Shown here one piece after another: positions 25,216-36,516 of a stretch of 64,000 nucleotides of DNA. Origin of the DNA: Antedon mediterranea. Lineage: Eukaryota; Animalia; Echinodermata. How positions within the stretch are numbered: position 1 is the first letter of the stretch; every line of letters starts with the position of its first letter. The DNA is taken from positions 12,806,948-12,870,947 of the forward strand of contig NC_092673.1 of assembly GCF_964355755.1 (NCBI RefSeq), written 5' to 3'. The position numbers and the translations under genes were made by a program. The notes beneath the pieces are model-generated. The model made no database searches and was not told where the DNA came from. It saw only the letters and a list, made by a program, of their open reading frames with translations.

Positions 25216-27527
25216 ATGTTAAATACAAGCAATCACAAACCTTCAAGACTATTGACAAATTTGTTAATTGACACTTCGAGTGAAAACGAAAACCGGCCTC
25301 CTGTAAAACGAGCAATTGTAGACAAATTCCCGCAAATTATTGAAATAGCTAAAAACTTTATTGAAAGAAGTGGATTTGAAGCACATCGACGTCGCCAAAG
25401 CACCACCGGACACTGTGGAACTGGTCTGAAAGCGGTTCGGGACCATCTTCTTCACGAAGTACCAGGTTTGGCTGAGCAGCATCCCAATTTTAGTAAGTAC
25501 AACATTTGATAAATTATTATTTATATGGATATCCAAGTATATTAAATATATAATTAAACTAGGCCTATGAATCCGGGACGGGGACCCGGATGGATAAATC
25601 GACATAGCGTCGACTTTTGTAATTTACCTAGTATAATCATAAAGAATTTTCCATGGTATAATGTGATCATGCAAAACAATGACAACTTTATTAATTTTCT
25701 TTCTGTACTGTGCACCGCATGCTACAGGCCCCTCATCAAGGTCGTAACAGTTCAGCAAGGTACAAAGGTTTCATTGATGCTAAAGTTCCAAAAAAAGATA
25801 ATGGAAGGATGAAAGAAAATGACAATGCTCATTTTTACAATGCGAGGGTGAAGTATTGCCTTCAATTAAGTGCAGCATTTCCGGATGTGTGTAGTGTATA
25901 TTCTGTTGACAACAAAAACAAAGTGAAGATAGGTAAGATCAATCATATACAATTAAGAATTTTCAAATGTAACATCCACAGAATATTAACGGCCATACAA
26001 AATTGGGTGAGAATGTTAGGTGGATTCTGAAATAAATATTAATTAAAACAACTTATTTTACATTTAATTTGAATTGCTTATGATAATCTTGAAAGAAAAG
26101 CAGTTATGTAACGCAAAATTGTCGGCGAGGGAATGAATGAGAATGGGTTTTGATGATAATCTGGAAACTCTAAAATAATTTTGTGAAATGTGCTATATTT
26201 CGTTGGAAAATACTTTTCTTTAAATTAATACATTATTTCTTTATTTAAGTGTACGAACCTAAATACAAAGTCATATCAATTATAACCAAGCCCTACCAGT
26301 AGACCATACAAAGTGTCTTGAGAATGTGTATTGCGTCAACTCTATGTTTGTATTACTATTATTATTATATTATTATTATTTATTGTTTTTATTTTTAAAG
26401 GAAAAGATGTCCCAGCTGTTGATCGAAGGACAAAAATAAGAAGAATATTTCCAACCATTGACAGGCCGGTGCTTTTAGATCACGACTTCCCAAGTCATTC
26501 AGGCTACCTAATTACATTATGTGGATATATGAAATTGACACTACCTAACCCCCCTGAAAAATCGATTGATTCGCTAGGTCGGCTAGAATACAAACTACAT
26601 AGGAATGGCCCCGTTACCATCATTAACAGGGGACCCATGACAAAATGCACCGTAGCCTCCCATATCAACGACCTGCTGCCAATAGTGAAAGAGGAAGTCC
26701 GTACAGGAAAATCAATTTTAACTATAATTGCAGATGGCGGGTGCGACTTTAATTCCGGTCATCATACAAATTTACTATATTATGCTAGACTGTTTAGAGA
26801 TACTGGCTTAGATGCTCTGATTGTGACAGCGTATGCTCCAGGACAATCGGCTCTAAATCTGATCGAACATGCGTGGGCTCCTTGTACATTAGCGTTAACG
26901 TCTGTTATGTTCACGGATCGACTTGAATGCGAAGACAGACCGCCATGGCAGCAAGGTTTAAACGAAGAAGAAATGCGTCTGAAAGAATGTAAAGTATTTG
27001 ACAACGCACTAAAAAACTTAGAACAATACTGGAAAAGTGTACATTTTAGCGGCGTTCCGATTAGTGTAAGCCACTTATTGTCTTCGTCAAAAGAAACGCC
27101 TTATGATGACTACAGTCAAGTGCACGCTGTTATGGCGTCTAACAGCGGGAAAACGTTCAGACAAAGCAATCTTGTAGACGAGTCCCAGTTTATGCTTCAA
27201 CATATTGATAAAAGGAAAGGTTTTTTAGTTTTTTCTAAATGTAGAGACCCTAACTGTACACATTGCAGCCGCAATCCTATAATTGCCCACGATGTAATGA
27301 ATGCCTGTTTTAATAGGGATGGATTTCCTTCACCCATGCAAAGCGAGAAGGAAGGACACTTCCTCACCATTCATGAGGTATTAAAGTTAAATTCATGGGA
27401 TACTCTCGATCAGCTGATGCCACCTGCTGGTGGAAGATGTGCCATTTGTCCCGCATATGGATTCAACAGCAACGCAGAGATAACTTCTCACAGGAGAAAG
27501 TACCATCCAAGGCAGCAGGTCCTTTAG
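25216..27527 (+). CDS. Zator-like DDE transposase (spliced, possibly damaged)
   Basis: Exons at about 25216-25491, 25715-25932 and 26401-27527. Motifs SVDNKNKVKIG, LDHDFP, IADGGCDFN and AYAPGQSALNLIEHAWAP, plus a C-terminal C2H2-like CAIC..HRRKYH. The exon 2 acceptor is not clean. Confidence 0.8.
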
Positions 27528-27973
27528 TTGCTATGTTTAAAACTACTTGTAATTTATATATGTTGGCCTATTTCAGCCTTTGTACACTGAAATATATCTG
27601 TATTTTATTGTATTTTTATATATCTAGTTTTTTATGAATTTTTTACATACTGTATATTTTTATATAACGTTTTAAACTTTTTTAAACGTTTTTTTATGCT
27701 GTTTGTTGCCTTTAGGAAGACAAATTTTAAAATATTATTTTTGGACAATAAAGTAATCTTGATTATCAATACTGTATACATATCGTAGTATAACTGCAAT
27801 GATCTATTGATGTGTGAATCAGAATTAAAGATTTCCATTTTATGAATTTATTGTACTGTCTTGCTTGTATACTTTTGTATTATGGTATTTTTATTTATTT
27901 ATTTTTTGCTTTCAGGGAATGTACGGCTATTATTATTTGAAGTTCAAACAAATAATAATTTCCAAATTCTTAA

Positions 27974-28512
27974 AGATGTATTGTCCCTTGAAACACAAAA
28001 AATGAAAAAAAAAATATTTTAAATTTAAATTGGCCATATCAAAGTGATATTAAAGTTATTCACTTTAAGTCGAAAATTCGAGGCAAAAACAACAAGTTCA
28101 CGTAATTAACAGGTAAATTAATTTAATTACATTTCGTCTGGAAAATCGTCACGAGTGAAAGTAAACAAAGATTTCAAACCACGAGTATGCATGATGCTAA
28201 TTAGGATTGTTTACAACTCGTCGCGGTTGAGAAGGTGTTTTCACACAGATCGCGAGAAAGTTTTATGATTATGCATACAGAGTAGCCAAACAAGCGCGTT
28301 GCATTATGAATATGTTTTGATCGAAAACTTTGACTGGAAGTCAAAGTTATTTTTTGAACAAAAAAACGTCCGTATTTCGGTTAAATTTTTTTTTTTTGGA
28401 ACAAATTTTTGGTAAAAGTTAATAACTATCATGATACTTAAAAATGACACACTTTTTTTCGAAATATTAGAAAAAATTTTTTTGGGGAATTACTCAAAGG
28501 GACAATACATCT
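27974..28512. mobile_element. Kolobok-type MITE (TTAA TSD)
   Basis: TTAA|AGATGTATTGTCCCTT ... AAGGGACAATACATCT|TTAA. Confidence 0.88.
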
Positions 28513-30142
28513 TTAACAATAACGTGGTTTGTTCGCGTACCATAGTATTTAATAATTAGCATAATATCAATACATTTATTGGACAATGAACGAACAGTAA
28601 AACAATACAGAATGAATAAAAATCATACGGTACAATTTCTGTGACTTAATATACTATGGACTTAAAACAATGTATTAAACGCCCAATTGAATTTCGCTGT
28701 TAGTTTGAAAATTAACAGAAAACGATACACGAGTGCACTGAATATCGTGCTAAATATAGATATATTTGTACTGTAATTTCTATTGAAAAAGATAGATTAA
28801 TTTACAAATTGTTTTAACAACGGTAATTTTTCAAAAAGAACAGAACAGATTTGCTTATATTATTGTGGAGGAACCTGTACCATAGTATACTATATATTTC
28901 CAATTCACCATAATGCCTAAAAGGGGAGGTGGTTTTATAGCTGTCACTGCTTGCTGCTTCTTTGGTACTTGACAAATCACACCTCAATATGCAATTAACT
29001 GATGACCAGATCTTCTCTCTCTAGTATGTAAAAGCGTTGGATAGAAATTCTAATTATTAACCTTTTGTATTATAATCCTTTTGTATTTCGACACTGTTTA
29101 TATGAAGCTATTTGACACAGCTGTTAAATTGTTAATTTCAGAAGCCATTGAATTTGCCCTTTGCGTTGGCTTATTATTTTTCGTTTATTTTATTATTATC
29201 CTTATTCTATATTTTATTTTAATAAATGCAGTTTACTTGTTAGGCCTTCGTTACGACTGCTCAGTACCAGATTGCCTGATTTTGAAAATTGTCTTCTGTT
29301 TAAAATATTGATGATAATAAAAAAAAGTGGTCCAGAATTGGGATCCCATAATACTATTGAATACTCATTGACCCATATCTGTATGTGGTTTCAATGTGTT
29401 AAAGATCTGGAATAAGTTCGTTTTAGTAATCATGCTACTAACATAGACTACATAAACCCCCTTGGCGGAGGTAATAAACACACATTAAAAGAATACATTT
29501 TGACGACTTTTCTACTACTACAATGACGAACACAGGTATTAGCCAAATATGTAACCTGTTTAAATTACTCCCACACAAATTCACAATAGTTGTGATCTTA
29601 TTCAAGTTGTTCACACTATTATACTTTCTTACACTGACGGTGTAAAATATAGTTACTTATAGTTAATTAATTTGCTTTATTTTCAATTCATTATGTTCTT
29701 AAAAATGAGTTTTAAATCACATATCGAAGACTGTGGCTGCTGATAATTTTGAATTTTTAGTATTGCAATATCTCTTGTGGGGAAGCGTGAGGTACCTATA
29801 TTTAAATTAACAATTTTAATATTAATTTTTGTATTTGTTATACTGTTTTGTGAACACCTTGCAAATTGTTATTTTCAAATCCCATTATTTGTGCATTTGT
29901 GTTGGCTTTTAGTCGTAGATAATTTGGCTGTTTATTTTAATATACAGCATTGTTTTAGTTTTCATTACGTAATATACCACGCCTTCACTGTTTACCTGAA
30001 GCCTGAGAAAGTTTGATTTGAGCATCTTTGGAATGCGTCCCTGTGCAGTCCAGTAAACAATAGTGTCAATAAATGCACAGTCGAGGCATCCATAACTATC
30101 ACTTCATCATAATTATTTCTACAAGTAACATCGAATTTTAAA

Positions 30143-32903
30143 ATGTCTCTACGCCGTCAGAAAACTGTTGTACCAGAACATGCTTTGGTCTATTTTGATT
30201 CAGACGAAAGTACAGCAATTGTACTATCTAAGAAGTTGCAGGGAGACAAAGTTCCTAACGGTGTCGTTAAAATGGTATACAACAAACAACAATTAACGTG
30301 CCGCATTGTGGAACTTTCTGATACATCTGATGATTTAGTTCACAAAGACACACTGTTCTGGGAGAAACGCAAGCGAAAGCTTGGTAAGAAATGTTATATT
30401 ATAGTTATTCATTCAAATAGTGAATGAATAATATTTATTTTAACTTCTTAAATACCAGACCTACTGTTGTACTTGCTGTCGAATGTTATCGTGAACATAC
30501 GAGTTGACGTAATACAGACATTATCCACGCATTGTACGTTCTCGAGGCTGGTCGATTATTTAACAATTTTTACGCCAAAATTGATAAAAATGCGCACTAA
30601 AAAAATGTATATTTTGCATATTACACTTTATTATAATTATATTTAAAATATTTAATCGTACCTCAATATTAGCCTATATAACATGTATTTTGTAATGGCA
30701 CAAGCCATATTTGTAACAGTAGGCCTATTGTTTTTTCTGAAATCATAATAAAATTAAATTATAGGCGCAATCAAATTTTAAACCTAATGATTTAATATAT
30801 TTATGACTGTACTTTCTTTTATTAAATTATAGACTTAAACTTAATATCCTTTATATTTTGTCATTCCTGTATAACTGATTAATCATTTTATATCGACAGA
30901 TGATGACTCTGAAGTTACTGTTGACTCCCCTAACAAAAAATCATGGGAAGAATGACCCCAGGAAAGATGTCAACACAGAAAATGAGAGACCAAAGAAAGA
31001 CCAAACGGAAAATGAGAAACCCAAGAATGACCAAACGGAAAATGACCAAACAGAAACGGAGAAACCCAAGAATGACCAAACGGAAAAAGAAAACCCCAAG
31101 AATGACCAAACGGAAAATGACCAAACAGAAACGGAGAAACCCAGGAATGACCAAAGGGAAAAGGAGAAATCCAAGAGTGACCAAACGGAAAAGGAGAAAC
31201 CAAATAATGACCAAACAGAAAAGGAGAAACCCAAGAATGACCAAACAGAAAAGGAGAAACCCAAGAATGACCAAACGGACAAGGAGAAACCAAATAATGA
31301 CCAAACGGACAAAGAGAAACCAAATAATGAGCAAACGGAAAATGAACGACCGATCCCGAATTTTGACATCCAACCCCAGTCACCCAACGCCGTAATCGTG
31401 ACGGAATTCGAGAGTCCATCGGAAAGCGGTAAGTCCTGCAATTTGTTTTGTTTAAAAAAAGTAAATAACAACATAAAATCACAGTAATAAGTAACATCAT
31501 GAATAGTAATTTACATTAACGATTCAAATATTACATACACACAAACTTGGAGAAGCAAAATAATGAAACAAAACGTGTATATTCTAGATTAGATTAATAC
31601 CTAAAAATACAGACTCCAACGACGGCATTTTAATAACGGTGTGTAACGTTTAATAACAGCATATAAATATATTATGAAACCCTCGAATTTATTTACTAGA
31701 CAAGTAATTGGCAGGGCTCCAATGGTATGAACTACCCTGGGTAAATAAATGAAATAAATAAATAAACCATTATGTTGTTCCCAAACTAGGTGTTGTGTAT
31801 AACAATTATCATTGACATTTTTTTAATTATAGACATTGAGCTTGATATCGATTCCGACCTTCTTGTCGAAGTCCTTGCTGGTCCTCTATTGAGCAGCACA
31901 GTCTTAAGTAGTAAGTATATATCACTTTGAATAATAGTAAGTATTTGCCTTTGGATTTATGTACTATTCTAATGTTTTCATCAAATGCTGTTGTGGGTAC
32001 TTTAAAACAAAGAAATCTATCTATATCTTTAGTACTGTATAACTACTTTGGCTCTTAAATACGTACCTCATTCTTTGACAAATAACAGGACTCAATTTTG
32101 ACATTTCCAACTGTTACCTATTTCATTGAATTTATTTATTTTGTATTATCTTCCCAACTTTAACTTAAATGGTTTTTTTTTCTTTTAATTTGTAAAAATC
32201 GGTGTTTTGACCCATTTTAAACTATACACAGTGAATGTAAATTAATATTAACTTGGCACCGCATTGGCCTGTTATATTTTTGATATTATAAAAACGTTGG
32301 GCATCCTATACGATTATATTAAATGAATGTTATACATTTCTTCTTTCAGATCAAACTGGATGTACGGCATGCGCTTGCGCAAAGTGCATGAAGGTCCCAA
32401 ACATGCTGGAAACAATTATAACAAATCAAAGAATTATTATGCAGCAGCTAACCACCCGGTTAGGTTATACTCAACAAGTGCAGCAAGTAGCAGCTCCGCC
32501 GACCAATGCCTTACTTGGTGAAACAAATGGTAAAGCTGACAGTAATGGCATTGTTCATATAGGGGGGCTGGTGCCCGTAGCCGAGGAAAAGTACAAAGCC
32601 GCAGTTGGCGTTGGCAAAAATAAGTCAGCAACAAAAATGACTAGAAGACTGCTGGACATAATGTTCACACAGGAGGAGCTAGCAGTATCTAATTTGTACG
32701 GCTCTAAGAAAATAGAGAATGGCAAACTTGTCACAAGGCCAGCACTAGAAGCGCCACGTTCGCGGGCACTTTTCAGACAAATTGAACAGGAATTTCCTGG
32801 TGCCACCTCAGACAATTATTTAGCTTTAAAAGAGGCTGTCAATAGTAAATGCCGAAGAATTAGAGAAATACTTAAAGGTAGTGAAAATGTAACACCAAAA
32901 TAG
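30143..32903 (+). CDS. Four-exon BEN-domain protein gene (type A), with one apparent homopolymer frameshift
   Basis: Exons 30143-30383, 30900-31428, 31833-31910 and 32350-32903 with phase-1 GT-AG junctions. The last exon has CxxCxCxxC, a coiled coil and the BEN-like TRRLLDIMFTQEELAVSNLYG...LFRQIE...KEAVNSKCR. The A-run near 30935 is one base too long to keep frame. Confidence 0.75.
30980..31345 (+). repeat. Coding 30-bp minisatellite (EKPKNDQTEK)n
   Basis: Repeated GAGAAACCCAAGAATGACCAAACGGAAAAG variants, open in frame. Confidence 0.92.
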
Positions 32904-32982
32904 TTGGTTGGTTTTGTTTTGTAAAATAAAATATTTTAATTATTATTTGTTCGTATATTGTCATTTATGTTTACTAGGTCTA

Positions 32983-33145
32983 AAGCTCTATCTACACTAT
33001 CAAACTTTATGTGACAAAAAAATGTGATGTGCCCATATATGGTAGTGATATGCACAAATATGGTAGTGATGTGATGTCAACGTGTCCATATATGGGCACA
33101 TCACATTTTTTTGTCACATAAAGTTTGATAGTGTAGACGGAGCTT
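32983..33145. mobile_element. Palindromic MITE
   Basis: ~60-bp arms AAGCTCTATCTACACTATCAAACTTTATGTGACAAAAAAATGTGATGTGCCCATATATGG and their reverse complement, with TA flanks. Confidence 0.9.
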
Positions 33146-35274
33146 TAATAATACTGTTAATGTCTAAAAAATTAACAACGTGAACATAAGATCATAGAAC
33201 TATTTCAATTTGTGCGTTATTACATTTACTGTGAATTCATTTTTATTTCAACAATATTTTTTATGATTTTTTTCTGGTCCCAATACTATCTTTTTTAAAT
33301 AATTCAGCGAACTGATTCAATTCCCATACAGAATAATATCAATGCCATTAGAAAATACAAACAATATCTTCAAATTAAACAAAGAAACGGATATCTCCGA
33401 TCGCTGACAAATAATGATATTATTACAATTATTTGTTTATGTGTACCCAACAATCCGGGCGTTTTCCAAAAATCGCAGAAAAGCATCTATTTTAGGGAGG
33501 CTTTTACAATGTAACTCTGTTATTATTTATTATTTAAATTGTTATGGCTGTTTCGGCATTGTTATTTAGTTAGTTGTTTTAAATTCGTAATCATAAGAAA
33601 CACCGTCGGCATTGATGTAAAATGATCTCAAAATCGTTTTTTTAGTGAACTGCTAGTGTTAAAAGATAAGGGAAATTGTCAAAAGCTGGCGACCTGGTAC
33701 TCAGCAGTCCAAACACAAGAGAATTACTTGTCCAAAAAACTTCATTTTTGTACGAGGGACAAGAGTTATAATTTGTGATTCGTAATTTTAAAATTTAATT
33801 TGATTTAATGTATAGGAATTTTGATACGAGTAAATTCACCCGCTTGTTGTTTGTGAAGTTTTGACAGGCGTTTATTAAACTATAGGGAACATCTGTCTAT
33901 CCCCTTCGGCTTATTTGTTACAATTTAAAAACTCACAACTCAGTAAAGTGGTACAGTCCTACTGTACATGGTTAATTACGTACCACTGTCTTCAGGCAGA
34001 TGATTAAGAACATTAAACGTATTGATAATAAATAAAAGGGGATTGTATTGTGTGCAGGAAAACGGAAGCCAACAGAAATAATATAGCGCGGCGGCTATAC
34101 TCGTAACTTGTGAAGGTCCCTAATGATCAGCTTCGGCTGGATGGACCACCCTCGGTAAAGGTTGTTGAAATAAAAATAAAAAAATAACCTAGCCTACTTG
34201 TTATTTTCAAAACACATTACACGTCGGCGAGGTCCGATGGCATGCGTGACTAGCGGAACAAACCAAATATTCCTCGCAACAAATATCAAGCTAACAGACC
34301 CTTTTCCATCGGGCGAAATCAGTTTATTATCTCCCAGGTTTATGCGTACCACTTTGTGTCTTTGTTTTGTTTAAATTATTGTTAAATTCACAATTGCAAT
34401 AGGACTAAAAGGAATGTTTCACTAAAAATGTGCATCATTATAAATTTGGAAATCATTATGGCAAAAACGTAAACGGAATGAACTTGACTTAACTAGTGTT
34501 AATAAACTTTGAATGTTACCAATTAATTATTGTGTCATTATTGCTTGGCTCGTTTACGTCAAAATAAAGGAGCTTAAAAAACATGTGGTCTAGGTGTGGG
34601 CGTTTTTATTTGATTATGACACCTCTGCACATGCGCATCAATCAAAGCCCTTCACCCATGCTGCTGCTGCTAGCTAGCTCACGAAAAACAATAAACAGAC
34701 AGAAATTATGTTCACCGTACGTACGTAGGCCTTTTTGCCGTTAAAAACACATTGAGAAACAATAATTTACTATTGTAACATGTTTTATTGGTACAGTAAA
34801 TAATGTAACTTTTAAAAAAGGTAAATTGAATTAGCTTAATATTAATAAAGTAAGCCTAGGCCTATCAGTATTTATTTAATTAAAACTAGATTGACACAAT
34901 CATAGCCTAGCTAGGCCTTCCCTACGTTAGGAGACCGTACCGGGCAGCATTCGGACCGGTGATTCAAAGCATTTTCAGTGACAACGTGATGACTTTAAAA
35001 ATATGTTTTCAGGAAACCGGACTTTCGAAAAACCGGAAAATATATGCCCGCCCAAGGGTGTCCGGTATTGGGAGAGTTGACTGTATTAAGTTATTATTAT
35101 TGAGTGATTGATGATGAACATATTTTTTCGGCCTGATTTTTTTCAAAAATCGCATAGTCGGAGTATAAGTTGACCATCGATTTCGCAATTAAAATTTTCC
35201 CACAAAGTCTCGACCTATACTATGGAAAATACGGTAGATGAACTTGCACATGAAAAATGAAGAAACATTTTAAT

Positions 35275-36252
35275 TCATCCATGTATTTGGCCAAAATGGA
35301 AAGACCATTCTCTGACATCTTACACTTACAGTATATCTTATATTGCTACAAAACAAAAAAAAGCAAGTCTAGGCGAAACATACACAAATGACAAGACAGC
35401 AAAACAATTTATTAAACATATTGCAGGTGTTTATGAAGACAACCTGAAAGAGCAAATGCATGGACGTCACTATTTTAGTATACTGTCTGATGGTAGCACG
35501 GATAGAACTGAATCTGAGAAAGAAATCGTTTATCTGCGGTTTGTGAAGGATTTCTATCCAACCATTGTTTTTTTAAAACTGATTGACGTAAAGAATGCAA
35601 GGGCCGATGGAGTCTTAGCTGCAATAGATAAAGTGTTTCTTTCATATGGCTTCACATCGGATGAGTACAGAAAAAAACTTGTTGGGTTTGGAGCAGATGG
35701 TGCTGCAGTAAATCTTGGCAGAAATCGGAGTGTCAGCACACTACTAAAGGAAAGCTCGCTCTGGATGATTAGCATTCACTGCATGGCCCACAGATTGGAG
35801 TTGGCAATGAATGATATTTATACATATATGGACAAAGTCATTGACACTTTACCATCGATATATTATTTCTACCAGAACTCTGAAAAGCGTGTTCGAGAAG
35901 TTACAGAACTGGCTTCAATAATAGACGAGTACTTCAGTACACCAGGAAAAGCTAATGGCACACGGTGGGTGGCATACAAAACAAAAGTAAGATAGAGCTG
36001 GGAAATGTTTACTCTATACTTTGAACAATATGCAACAGATAATGCCAATAAAGCAGAAGACCGGGCGAAAGAAACTCACATCTCAAAGATCTTCATCATC
36101 TAAAAATGTGGCAAAGAATTTCTTTGGAGTATAAAGAGTTGCATGAATATAGTCATATTTTAAAGATTATTCATCTGACATCTGCCTACCCTCTCTTAAC
36201 ATCATGCTGTGAGAGAGGTTTCAGTTGCATGAAAAGAATAAAGAGTGATTGG
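35275..36252 (+). pseudogene. hAT (ZNF862-like) transposase remnant
   Basis: ILSDGSTD..EKEIVY, GFGADGAAVNLG, IHCMAHRLELA, NGTRWV and CCERGFSCMKRIKSDW. Stops and deletions present. Confidence 0.9.
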
Positions 36253-36254
36253 CA

Positions 36255-36412
36255 CACTTGATCAATTGATAAGATTGTACATGACAATGGAGGATGCTAT
36301 GGCGAATTTTATAAAAAATAATATTTTAAACAAAATTAAAGAAATTAGTTGGTATTCGGTATGCATTGATGAAAGCACCGATGTTTCTGTCACACAAAGT
36401 GTCATACAGTAC
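36255..36412 (+). pseudogene. Second short hAT fragment
   Basis: WYSVCIDESTDVSVTQ (first catalytic Asp motif). Confidence 0.65.
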
Positions 36413-36516
36413 AGGACAGAATTATTGCAAAAATCCCAACGCATTCAACATGTTGTCGTTGCGTTGCGATGGGCTTTCAACGTATAGTTGTTTATTCAAC
36501 GAAAGTCATTATCAGC

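Larger units (their letters stand above)
22751..35083. mobile_element. 12.3-kb interval bounded by perfect pogo/Tc1-type TIRs
   Basis: CAGTCAACTCTCCCAATACCGGAC (24 bp) at 22751 and its exact reverse complement ending at 35083. TA on both flanks, with ACCGGA subterminal repeats at both ends. Confidence 0.8.

Noticed and set aside
30930-31500. Hydrophobic or periodic ORFs on the minus strand and in alternative frames
   Set aside because: By-products of the 30-bp coding minisatellite.
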